Origin: Hyphomicrobiales bacterium
Lineage (GTDB): Bacteria; Pseudomonadota; Alphaproteobacteria; Rhizobiales; Xanthobacteraceae
Reading direction: 5' to 3'
Assembly (NCBI GenBank): GCA_017305555.1
Contig: JAFKKM010000016.1
Span: 4,090 to 68,089, forward strand
DNA: 64,000 bases
In this document: positions 30,665-40,239 of the stretch, in pieces
Numbering within the stretch: position 1 is the first letter of the stretch
Layout: every line of letters starts with the position of its first letter
The notes under the pieces: generated by a model
Database searches by the model: none
What the model was told of the DNA's origin: nothing
The model's input: only the letters and a program-made list of their open reading frames with translations
Translations under genes and position numbers: made by a program

Positions 30665-31497
30665 GCGCGGAAATCCTGTCGTTCGAGACCGGGCGGCCTG
30701 CGGCTGCCGAGCAGGCCGACGAGGATGCGGCGCTGGTCGTCGATGTCGAGGGCTATGAAGGCCCGCTCGATCTGCTGCTCAATCTCGCACGCCAACAGAA
30801 AGTCGATCTCGCCAAGATTTCGATCCTCGCGTTGGCCGATCAGTATCTCGCTTTCATTGAGGCGGCACGGAAAATCCGTCTCGAACTCGCGGCCGATTAT
30901 CTGGTGATGGCGGCGTGGCTCGCCTTCCTCAAGTCGCGGCTGCTGTTGCCGGAACCGCCGTCCGAGGAAGGGCCGAGTGCCGAGGAAATGGCGACCGCGC
31001 TTGCCAATCGGCTGCGTCGGCTCGAAGCCATTCGCGAGGCCGCGAACCGGCTGATGACGCGTCCGCAATTGCAGCGCGATATTTTCATGCGCGGTCAGCC
31101 GGAAGCGATCGCCGAGATCAAGCATCCGAAATTCACGGCGACGCTGTTCGATCTGCTGAGCGCCTATGCCGCGCAGCGACAGCAACGTGTGCTCGCGACA
31201 GTGCATCTCGCCAAGCGCACGGTGTGGTCGCTCGCGGAAGCGCGTGCGTCGCTGGAGCGTCTCGTCGGCGTTGCCGAGGAGTGGAGCTGCCTCGACGAAT
31301 ATCTCACCGCTTATGTGCTCGATCCGTCGCAGCGCGCCACCGTGTTCGCGTCGAGCTTCGCGGCTGCGCTTGAATTGGTGCGCGAAGGCACGATGGAAGT
31401 GAATCAAAAGCAGGCGTTCGCGCCGCTGTATTTTCGCAAACGGATGCCGGTTGCGGCACCCGATGCAACGGCTGCGCCGGAATCTCCGGTGCAGTAA
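30661..31497 (+). CDS. scpA: segregation and condensation protein A
   Basis: ATG 30661 overlaps the nagZ stop. VDVEGYEGPLDLLLNLARQQKVDLAKISILALADQYLAF is the kleisin ScpA signature. Confidence 0.9.
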   Translation: MSAEILSFETGRPAAAEQADEDAALVVDVEGYEGPLDLLLNLARQQKVDLAKISILALADQYLAFIEAARKIRLELAADYLVMAAWLAFLKSRLLLPEPPSEEGPSAEEMATALANRLRRLEAIREAANRLMTRPQLQRDIFMRGQPEAIAEIKHPKFTATLFDLLSAYAAQRQQRVLATVHLAKRTVWSLAEARASLERLVGVAEEWSCLDEYLTAYVLDPSQRATVFASSFAAALELVREGTMEVNQKQAFAPLYFRKRMPVAAPDATAAPESPVQ

Positions 31498-32265
31498 GTG
31501 GAAGAAGGAGACACCGCCATGGCGAGTCTGGCTGAGAAGCGCGTCGAACATCTCGAGATCGTTGAGGATCACGTCGACAACGTCGAGCAGTCCAGCGTGC
31601 AGCCGGAGGGGCGGCCCGAGGAGTTGCGTCTCCTCGAAGCATTGCTGTTCGCATCGTCCGAACCGCTCGACACCGCGTCGCTCGCGAAGCGGATGCCGGA
31701 GGGCGTCGACATCAAGGCGGCGCTTGCGCAGTTACAGGCCGACTATGCGATGCGCGGCGTCAACCTGGTGCGTGTTGCCAACAAGTGGACCTTCCGCACC
31801 GCCGGCGATCTGGCGTGGCTGATGACGCGCGAGAGCACCGAGACGCGCAAGTTATCACGCGCGGCGATCGAGGTGCTGGCGATCATCGCCTATCATCAGC
31901 CGGTGACGCGCGCCGAGATTGAAGAAATTCGCGGCGTCGTGACCTCGAAGGGGACGCTTGATGTGTTGCTGGAGACCGGATGGATTCGTCCGCGCGGTCG
32001 CCGCAAGACGCCGGGTCGTCCGCTGACCTTCGGCACCACCGAAACCTTCCTCTCGCAGTTCAGCCTTGAGGCGCTCGGTGATCTGCCGGGTCTGGAAGAA
32101 CTCAAAGGCACGGGCCTGCTCGACTCCCGTCTGCCGTCCGGCTTCAGCGTTCCGGTGCCGTCCGACGATCCCGCGCTGCGCGAGGACGAGGACCCGCTGG
32201 AAGACGGTGAACTCGAACTGGCATTGGCTCCGGCCGTGGAACCGGAAGGCGACGCGGAAGGCTAA
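31498..32265 (+). CDS. scpB: segregation and condensation protein B
   Basis: LRLLEALLFASSEPLD..IIAYHQPVTRAEIEEIRGV..RPRGRRKTPGRPLTFGTT. A GTG start at 31498 abuts the scpA stop; ATG 31519 is an alternative. Confidence 0.88.
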   Translation: MEEGDTAMASLAEKRVEHLEIVEDHVDNVEQSSVQPEGRPEELRLLEALLFASSEPLDTASLAKRMPEGVDIKAALAQLQADYAMRGVNLVRVANKWTFRTAGDLAWLMTRESTETRKLSRAAIEVLAIIAYHQPVTRAEIEEIRGVVTSKGTLDVLLETGWIRPRGRRKTPGRPLTFGTTETFLSQFSLEALGDLPGLEELKGTGLLDSRLPSGFSVPVPSDDPALREDEDPLEDGELELALAPAVEPEGDAEG

Positions 32266-32421
32266 TCTCGCAAGCCTGCGTCACCGCGTTAAGACTAGCC
32301 AAAAGACGGGCTGTGCTCCGCGATTTGACGCGGCTTAAGTCCTTGTTTTTGCCGCCCCCGCCAACTAGGTTCAAGCAAGATGAGGCCGGTAGCCGGCCGC
32401 GCGCGTTTGGAGGAATGCAGG

Positions 32422-32658
32422 ATGGGTTCACTCAGCATTTGGCACTGGATCGTCGTGATCGCGATTGTCCTGCTGCTTTTTGGGCGCGGAAAGATTTCAG
32501 ACTTGATGGGTGATGTCGCGCAAGGCATCAAGGCCTTCAAGAAGGGTATGCAGGACGATGAAAAGACTGCGGAAACCTCCGAGCCCGTCAAGACCATAGA
32601 CCACAATGCTCAGCCTTCGGGCGCGGCGCGATCGGATGTCGGGAGCAAGGTCAGCTGA
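32422..32658 (+). CDS. tatA: twin-arginine translocase subunit TatA
   Basis: [42 protein letters not shown]. Confidence 0.92.
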   Translation: MGSLSIWHWIVVIAIVLLLFGRGKISDLMGDVAQGIKAFKKGMQDDEKTAETSEPVKTIDHNAQPSGAARSDVGSKVS

Positions 32659-32788
32659 GGCACCCAAGCCGCGGATCGAGGCGCCCGGGATTCTTGCGGC
32701 AAAGCCGTGGCCGATACGTGGCAGTTGTGGCATGACCGGGCGAGACCAGCCGCGGGGCGCCGGTCGCCTCGTGTGAGCGGATTATCGG

Positions 32789-33352
32789 ATGTTTGACATC
32801 GGGTGGAGTGAACTGGTCGTGATCGGCGTCGTGGCGCTGATCGTCATCGGCCCGAAGGAGCTGCCCGGCGTGTTGCGCACGATCGGGCAGTGGATGGGCA
32901 AGGTGCGCCGTATGGCGTCCGAGTTCCAGGGCCAGTTCAACGAGGCGATGCGCGAGGCCGAAATGGCCGACCTCAAGAAATCCTTCGACGACATCAAGGA
33001 CACCGCCTCGAGCCTGACGAAGAACAATCTTCTGACGTCGCTGACGCAGGATGTGAGCGAGGCGATGAAAGTCGGCGATCTCAACGAGCCGGCCTCAACA
33101 TCCACTTCGTCGTCAACAACCGCATCGTCGTCGGAGCCGACCACGCCGTTGATTGAAACCGAAACGCAAATCGAAACCCACGGTGCCGCGTCGGAGCCGC
33201 TGGCGATCACCCGCGAGGCGGAGATCGCACAACACGATGCGGCGGTTGCGTCGGAAACGGCCAAGCCCGTTGCCGAGGTCAAGCCGACGGAGATTCAATC
33301 CGCCGAGCAGCACCTTGACGCGGACCTTCGCAAGGATGCGAAAGCGTTATGA
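32789..33352 (+). CDS. tatB: twin-arginine translocase subunit TatB
   Basis: [47 protein letters not shown]. Confidence 0.92.
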   Translation: MFDIGWSELVVIGVVALIVIGPKELPGVLRTIGQWMGKVRRMASEFQGQFNEAMREAEMADLKKSFDDIKDTASSLTKNNLLTSLTQDVSEAMKVGDLNEPASTSTSSSTTASSSEPTTPLIETETQIETHGAASEPLAITREAEIAQHDAAVASETAKPVAEVKPTEIQSAEQHLDADLRKDAKAL

Positions 33353-34167
33353 GCGCCGAAGACATCGAGGCCAGCAAGGCCCCCTTGATGGATCACCTGA
33401 TCGAGCTGCGCGGGCGGCTGATCAAGGCGCTCCTGGCGTTCGGCATCGCGTTCATCGTCTGCTTCGTGTTCGCCAAGCAGATTTACAACGTGCTGGTGTG
33501 GCCGTTCGTCTGGGTGGCGGGGCCGGAGAATTCCAAGTTCATCTACACCGCGCTGCTCGAATATTTCATCACGCAACTGAAGCTGGCGATGTTCGGCGCG
33601 GGCTTCATCTCGTTTCCGATTATCGCGGCGCAGATCTACAAGTTCGTCGCGCCCGGCCTCTACAAGCACGAGCGCAACGCTTTCCTGCCGTATTTGATCG
33701 CCACCCCATTCTTCTTCGCGCTCGGCTCGCTGGTGGTGTATTTCCTCGTGCTGCCGATGCTGATCCGGTTTTCGCTGGGGATGCAGCAGGCGCCAGGCGT
33801 CGAGACGGCGCAGATCGCGCTGTTGCCCAAGGTCGGCGAGTATCTGTCGCTGATGATGTCGCTGATCTTCGCGTTCGGCATCGCCTTCCAGTTGCCGGTG
33901 ATCCTGACGCTGCTCGGCCGTGTCGGCATTCTCACCTCGAAGACGTTGCGCGAGAAACGCCGTTATTTCATCGTCATTGCCTTTGTTCTCGCCGCGGTGC
34001 TGACGCCACCGGACGTCATCAGCCAGATGTCGCTGGCAATCCCGCTGCTGCTGCTCTACGAGGGCTCGATCATCTCGGTGAAGATCGTCGAGAAGAAGGC
34101 CGCCGCCCAGAAGGCCGGGACATCGGCGGACGCCACGCCGCCCGCCGAAAGCAAGCCGGCGGAGTAG
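33349..34167 (+). CDS. tatC: twin-arginine translocase subunit TatC
   Basis: [16 protein letters not shown]..6 [23 protein letters not shown]. The start overlaps the tatB stop (ATGA). Confidence 0.95.
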   Translation: MSAEDIEASKAPLMDHLIELRGRLIKALLAFGIAFIVCFVFAKQIYNVLVWPFVWVAGPENSKFIYTALLEYFITQLKLAMFGAGFISFPIIAAQIYKFVAPGLYKHERNAFLPYLIATPFFFALGSLVVYFLVLPMLIRFSLGMQQAPGVETAQIALLPKVGEYLSLMMSLIFAFGIAFQLPVILTLLGRVGILTSKTLREKRRYFIVIAFVLAAVLTPPDVISQMSLAIPLLLLYEGSIISVKIVEKKAAAQKAGTSADATPPAESKPAE

Positions 34168-34211
34168 GGGCTGGCGACGGCGCTCAGGCGTGTGGCGTCA
34201 ATTTATCCTCA

Positions 34212-34334
34212 GCGTCGTCCCTGCGCAGGCAGGGACCCATACGCCGCAGTGGTTCGGCTCCATCGGCGAAGGCAAGGTTATTCATAACAATGAGCGTCAG
34301 GGGTTATGGGTCCCTGCCTGCGCAGGGACGACGC
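34212..34334. repeat. Family A palindromic MITE/REP-like element, copy A1
   Basis: Perfect 28-bp terminal inverted repeat GCGTCGTCCCTGCGCAGGCAGGGACCCA / TGGGTCCCTGCCTGCGCAGGGACGACGC around a ~67-bp core. Confidence 0.9.
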
Positions 34335-34477
34335 CTTTTTATATTGCCCGTCTACCTGCAAATCGAACTGCCAGCTAGACTCTCAGGGTGACGTATTCGC
34401 CGTTTGAGGTTTCAAATCGCGCTGTTTCGGGGTACTTGAAGCCCGCTCCGTAGACAAACTACGGTCTGACAGACTGA

Positions 34478-35986
<1,509 letters not shown>

Positions 35987-36018
35987 TAGTTTTCTCTGGC
36001 GTCGCGTAAATTTCCATT

Positions 36019-36092
36019 CGTCATGCCCGGACTTGATCCGGGCATCCATCTTCCGAAGAACGATGGATTGCCGGGTCAAGCCCGGCAATGAC
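36019..36092. repeat. Family B three-hairpin ('cloverleaf-like') palindromic element, copy B1
   Basis: GTCAT-GCCCGG(acttgat)CCGGGC-ATCCATC(ttccgaagaac)GATGGAT-TGCCGGG(tcaag)CCCGGCA-ATGAC. Confidence 0.9.
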
Positions 36093-36119
36093 AAAGAGCA
36101 AGGACACAAGGCTGAAGCA

Positions 36120-36887
36120 ATGCGGATTCTTTGCACCAATGACGACGGCATTCATGCGCCGGGCTTGCAGATCGTCGAGCAGATTGCGAAAGCGCTGTCG
36201 GACGATGTCTGGATCGTCGCGCCCGAGCTCGATCAGTCCGGCGTGTCGCATTCGCTGTCGCTGAACGATCCGCTGCGGCTGCGCGAAGTGGGTGAGCGGC
36301 GCTACGCGGTGCGTGGCACGCCGACCGACTGTGTCATCATGGGCGCGCGCCACATTCTCAAGGACAAGCAGCCGGACCTCGTGCTGTCCGGCGTCAACAA
36401 GGGCCGCAACGTTGCTGAGGACGTGGTCTATTCCGGCACCATCGCCGGCGCGCTGGAAGGCACCATCCTTGGCCTGCCGTCGTTCGCGCTGTCGCAGGAA
36501 TTCTCGTTCGAGACGCGCAGCAATCCGACCTGGGACACCGGGCTTGAATATGGTCCGCGCATCATCCGCAAGGTGATCGAGGCCGGCGTGCCGAAGAACA
36601 CCGTGATCAACATCAATTTCCCCGCTTGTGCGCCGAAAGACGTCGCGGGCGTAAAAGTGACGGGACAGGGCAAGCGCAACCTCGGCTTCCTGAAAGTGGA
36701 TCAGCGCTACGACGGGCGCGGCAATCCATACTTCTGGATCGGCTTCGAGCGCGCGGCGATGATGGATACGCCGGAGGCCGGCACCGACCTCGCCGCGCTC
36801 GCCGCGAACTACATCTCGGTGACGCCGCTCAAGCTCAACCGCACCGACGAGGCATTCTCGGAAACGCTGGCAGCGACGCTGAAGTAG
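36120..36887 (+). CDS. surE: 5'/3'-nucleotidase SurE
   Basis: MRILCTNDDGIHAPGL..APELDQSGVSHSLSL..GTPTDCV..SGVNKGRNVAEDVVYSGTIAGA. Confidence 0.94.
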   Translation: MRILCTNDDGIHAPGLQIVEQIAKALSDDVWIVAPELDQSGVSHSLSLNDPLRLREVGERRYAVRGTPTDCVIMGARHILKDKQPDLVLSGVNKGRNVAEDVVYSGTIAGALEGTILGLPSFALSQEFSFETRSNPTWDTGLEYGPRIIRKVIEAGVPKNTVININFPACAPKDVAGVKVTGQGKRNLGFLKVDQRYDGRGNPYFWIGFERAAMMDTPEAGTDLAALAANYISVTPLKLNRTDEAFSETLAATLK

Positions 36888-36934
36888 GCGGGTTCAAGCT
36901 GAGGTTGTTACTTTACAGAATCACGACTTTATTT

Positions 36935-37024
36935 CCGTCATGGCCGGGCTTGTCCCGGCCATCCACGTTTCTGACAGATACGTCTCAAGTTCGTGGATGC
37001 CCGGGACAAGCCCGGGCATGACGG
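36935..37024. repeat. Family C three-hairpin palindromic element, copy C1
   Basis: CCGTCAT-GGCCGGG(cttgt)CCCGGCC-ATCCACG(24 nt)CGTGGAT-GCCCGGG(acaag)CCCGGGC-ATGACGG. Confidence 0.9.
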
Positions 37025-37033
37025 TCCCACGCA

Positions 37034-37160
37034 GTCGTCTCCGCGCAGGCGGGGACCCATATCCACCAACATTAGTGGTGTGTGATGAGTAGCATTGCGT
37101 TGTTCGTTGTGCCTGACCGCGGCGACACGGCGTATGGGTCCCCGCCTGCGCGGGGACGGC
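37034..37160. repeat. Family A palindromic element, copy A2 (diverged core)
   Basis: GTCGTCTCCGCGCAGGCGGGGACCCATA ... TATGGGTCCCCGCCTGCGCGGGGACGGC, with 2 mismatches between the arms. Confidence 0.85.
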
Positions 37161-37196
37161 TCCGTGCCGATGTGTTGGCGGCGTTCGAATTTCTCC

Positions 37197-37276
37197 GCCA
37201 TTGCGAGGAGCGTTAGCGACGAAGCAATCCAGAGTTACAAAATAAGACTGGATTGCTTCGCTTCGCTCGCAATGGC
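37197..37276. repeat. Family D long-hairpin element, copy D1
   Basis: GCCATTGCGAGGAGCG..GACGAAGCAATCCAG-(loop)-CTGGATTGCTTCGCTTCGCTCGCAATGGC. Confidence 0.9.
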
Positions 37277-37296
37277 GACGAATACTGTTGTGCTAC

Positions 37297-37674
37297 TTAA
37301 GCCGCCGCGCTTTTCAGGGCGGCTTCGATCATGCGCGCCAGCGTTTCCATCTGGAATGGTTTCTGCAACGCGGGGCGGCCGCGAAATTCTTCCGGCATTC
37401 CCTGCGTGCCGTAGCCGGTGGCGAAAATGAACGGGCGGTTGCGGGCCACGATGGCGCGTGCGACCGGCGTGACCACCTTACCGTTGACGTTGACGTCGAG
37501 AAGGGCGATGTCGAAATCGAGCGTCTCGATCAGCCGCAGTGCTTCGTCGACGTCTCCGGCCTCGCCGGCGATGCGGTAGCCGAGGTCCACCAGCATTTCC
37601 GCGACCATCATCCGGATCATGGTTTCGTCTTCGACCAGAAAGACCGAGCCGCCCGGCGGCCTCGACGCAGTCAT
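37297..37674 (-). CDS. single-domain response regulator, FAT GUY (PFxFATG[G/Y]) family
   Basis: Receiver domain only (125 aa): VFLVEDE..DIALLDVNVNG (acceptor Asp)..RPFIFATGYG..LQKPF. The PFIFATGY motif matches the SdrG-type family. Confidence 0.85.
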   Translation of the reverse strand: MTASRPPGGSVFLVEDETMIRMMVAEMLVDLGYRIAGEAGDVDEALRLIETLDFDIALLDVNVNGKVVTPVARAIVARNRPFIFATGYGTQGMPEEFRGRPALQKPFQMETLARMIEAALKSAAA

Positions 37675-37785
37675 GATGGGAGCCCTTCAATCAGTGTGGC
37701 GGGAAACTCGCAAATAACGGAACCAAAAGCAACACGAGGGCGCGCCGATGAAGACGACGTTGCGCTGCGGTGCGTGCACATTCGC

Positions 37786-37806
37786 GATGCCGCATAATGC
37801 GGCATC
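37786..37806. promoter_or_regulatory. Perfect 9-3-9 palindrome in the divergent response-regulator/pcm intergenic region
   Basis: GATGCCGCA-TAA-TGCGGCATC. It is a candidate operator or hairpin; the function is unknown. Confidence 0.3.
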
Positions 37807-37927
37807 CGGCGCGGGTGACGAAAATTCTATAAACTTGTCCGCGATATAGTCGCGTGCGATCGGGCGCGGCGGACGATGTCGACAAGCGACGTCGTCGCGG
37901 CGTTGAGACGAGTTCTGCGAGGCCGAC

Positions 37928-38578
37928 ATGTCACCTGCCGAAAATCCGCCGGAGAAGATGCTGTTTCAGCTCAGCCTGCGCCGTCGCGGCATCAGCGATC
38001 AGGCGGTGCTGCGGGCGATGGAGGAGGTGCCGCGTGACGCCTTCGTCGATCCGGCCGATCGCGACGCGGCCTGGCGCGACACCGCGCTTGGCATCGCCTG
38101 CGGGCAGACCATCAGCCAGCCGTTCGTCGTTGCCTATATGACCGAGCAGTTGCAGTTGCGGCCGCAGCATCGCGTGCTCGAGATCGGCACCGGCTCGGGT
38201 TATCAGGCGGCGGTGCTGGCGCGGTTGTGCAAGGAGGTCCTCAGCGTCGAGCGGTTCCGCACGCTTGCCGACAGCGCGCGGCAGCGGCTGGCGAAACTCA
38301 ATTGCGACAATGTCGGGGTGATGCTGGCGGACGGCCTCGTGCTGCCCGCCGATCTTGGCGTGTTCGATCGCATCATCGTCACGGCGGCGCTGCCGGACAT
38401 TCCGGCGGCGCTGACCGATCGGCTGCAATCGGACGGCGTCATGGTCGCGCCGGTCGGTCCGCCCCATGGCCGTCAAACGCTGGTGCGCGTCACGCCGACC
38501 GCGGATGGCTTCGAACGCCGCGAACTGTTCGACGTGCGTTTCGTGCCTGCGTTGTCGGGCCTTGCGCGCGAAATGTAG
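37928..38578 (+). CDS. pcm: protein-L-isoaspartate O-methyltransferase
   Basis: [47 protein letters not shown]. Confidence 0.93.
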   Translation: MSPAENPPEKMLFQLSLRRRGISDQAVLRAMEEVPRDAFVDPADRDAAWRDTALGIACGQTISQPFVVAYMTEQLQLRPQHRVLEIGTGSGYQAAVLARLCKEVLSVERFRTLADSARQRLAKLNCDNVGVMLADGLVLPADLGVFDRIIVTAALPDIPAALTDRLQSDGVMVAPVGPPHGRQTLVRVTPTADGFERRELFDVRFVPALSGLAREM

Positions 38579-38692
38579 CGGCAGTCTGTCCAAACGGTGA
38601 AATGGTGAATCAAATTTGGCGGACTTAAAGCCTTGTTTACTGCCCACGTGTTTACTCAAATTCCTAGTCGTGTTGCGTATGAGTGAGTAACC

Positions 38693-40117
38693 ATGTCCCG
38701 GGTAGTCGACCTGTTTTGCTCCCGCCGAGTTCCGCAGGTAGCGGTGCTGGCGCTGATGTCGATCGGTTTTGCCGGCTGTAGCGCCGACATGTCCACGCGG
38801 TTCGCGGACAACCCCTTCAATTCGCGTAGCGAGACGACCGGTTCGGTGCGTGGCGCACCTTACGCGGCGCCGACCCCGCGGGTCGAACGGCAGGAGCTGC
38901 CGCAGTACAGCCGGCCGCAGCCGCAGCAGCAGCCATATTCCTCGTCGTCGCTACCGCCGCCGGTCTCCGCGCCGCAGAGCTATCCGAGCTATCCGGCTGC
39001 GTCGGGCACCTCGGGTGGTGGACGCGGCATGAGTTCCTACGATCCGCCGGCCCGGCCGCGCATCGAATCCACCGGAACCGTGGCACCGCGTTCGGTCGCC
39101 GCCGCACCGGCGCATCATTCCGCTCCGGCGTCGTCTCACGCTAGCGGCACCACCATTATCGTCGGCACCAGCGATACGCTGGAAGGTCTGTCGCGGCGCT
39201 ACAACGTGTCGTCGGCCGAGATCCTTCGCGCCAACGGCTATAGAGGGCCGCGCGCGCTGCGTCCCGGCCAGCAGTTGGTCATCCCGGCGCGACACACGGC
39301 TCATGCGCAGCCAGCGCCGGTTGCCGCGGCGCCCGCGCCGAAAGTCGCCTCCGTCGCTCCGGCACCCGCCGCTGCGGGGACGCACTACGTCAATCGCGGC
39401 GACACGCTGATGAGCATCGCCCGCCACAATCACATGTCGGTTGCTGAACTCGCGCGCGCCAATCGCATCTCGCCGAGCGCCCAGCTCAAGATCGGCAGCA
39501 AGATCGTGGTACCGAGCCGTAAGGTCGCGGCCGCGGCTCCGGCCGTGGTCGGCGCGCCGCCGGCGCAGCTTGGGGCTACCGCGCCGTCCGTTCCCGCGCA
39601 GCCCGCGCCGGTGCATGTCGCGCAGGCTCCGACTGAGCCGGTGCAGAAGGCGCGGCTTGCCAGCGCCACCGAAACGCCGGCCGCTGCCGTTGAGGCGGCG
39701 CCGTCGCCGGTGAAGGCCGCCGAAGCGACCGGCGCATTGCCGACCTTCCGCTGGCCGGTGCGTGGCCGCGTCGTCGCCGCCTACGGCGCCAAGACCAACG
39801 GCAAGGCCAACGACGGCATCAACGTCGCGGTCCCCGAAGGCACCCCGGTGAAGGCCGCCGAGGATGGCGTCGTCGCCTATGCCGGCAACGAACTGAAGGG
39901 CTACGGCAATCTTGTTCTCGTGCGACACTCCAACGGCTATGTGACGGCGTATGCCCACGCCAGTCAGCTGCTGGTGAAGCGTGGCGAGACCATCAAGCGC
40001 GGCCAGGTTATCGCCAAGTCCGGCCAATCCGGCGAGGCGGGCTCGCCGCAACTGCACTTCGAGATCCGCAAGGGTTCGACGCCGGTGGATCCGCTAAAAT
40101 TCCTCAGCGGCGCGTGA
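38693..40117 (+). CDS. LysM-domain M23 family metallopeptidase (NlpD-like)
   Basis: Lipoprotein-like start (..FAGCS), two LysM domains (IIVGTSDTLEGLSRRYNVS; YVNRGDTLMSIARHNHMS) and a C-terminal M23 domain (GINVAVPEGTPVKAAEDGVVAYAG..GNLVLVRHSNGYVTAYAH..SPQLHFEIRK). Confidence 0.9.
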   Translation: MSRVVDLFCSRRVPQVAVLALMSIGFAGCSADMSTRFADNPFNSRSETTGSVRGAPYAAPTPRVERQELPQYSRPQPQQQPYSSSSLPPPVSAPQSYPSYPAASGTSGGGRGMSSYDPPARPRIESTGTVAPRSVAAAPAHHSAPASSHASGTTIIVGTSDTLEGLSRRYNVSSAEILRANGYRGPRALRPGQQLVIPARHTAHAQPAPVAAAPAPKVASVAPAPAAAGTHYVNRGDTLMSIARHNHMSVAELARANRISPSAQLKIGSKIVVPSRKVAAAAPAVVGAPPAQLGATAPSVPAQPAPVHVAQAPTEPVQKARLASATETPAAAVEAAPSPVKAAEATGALPTFRWPVRGRVVAAYGAKTNGKANDGINVAVPEGTPVKAAEDGVVAYAGNELKGYGNLVLVRHSNGYVTAYAHASQLLVKRGETIKRGQVIAKSGQSGEAGSPQLHFEIRKGSTPVDPLKFLSGA

Positions 40118-40146
40118 GCGTCTGCTTGAGAGAGTATCTGATTGGA

Positions 40147-40234
40147 CGTCATGGCCGGGCTTGTCCCGGCCATCCACGTTTTAAGGCATGACAATTTGAA
40201 GACGTCGATGGCCGGAATAAATCCGGCCATGACG
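40147..40234. repeat. Family C three-hairpin palindromic element, copy C2
   Basis: CGTCAT-GGCCGGG(cttgt)CCCGGCC-ATCCACG..CGTCGAT-GGCCGG(aataaat)CCGGCC-ATGACG. Confidence 0.88.
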
Positions 40235-40239
40235 ATCTC

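Noticed and set aside
34190-34378. Short ORFs reading through repeat elements (34190..34378, 50804..51022, 36938..37201 (-), 40142..40396, 61957..62199, 61715..62050 (-), 57440..57715 (-)).
   Set aside because: Their 'proteins' (..VVPAQAGTHTP.., ..GLWVPACAGTT.., ..MAGLVPAIHV.., ..DCRVKPGND..) are just translations of the palindromic repeats. They lack SD sequences and vary with element orientation.
36019-36092. Family B elements as possible tRNA or tRNA-derived genes (73 nt, drawable as a cloverleaf; third arm GGGTCAAGCCC vaguely resembles a T-arm).
   Set aside because: There are no linker nucleotides. There is no GTTCRANYC T-loop, no D-loop GG and no 3' discriminator/CCA context, and the central loop is 9-11 nt rather than a 7-nt anticodon loop. 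The sequence recurs as a dispersed repeat with a variable central loop (up to 28 nt in family C). I treat it as a structured repeat, not a tRNA.
37675-37927. EcfG-type general-stress promoter (GGAAC-N16/17-CGTT) upstream of the FAT GUY response regulator or pcm.
   Set aside because: A GGAAC occurs at 37719..37723, but no CGTT follows at the required spacing, and no GTTCC/AACG pair is present for the minus strand. No promoter call was made.
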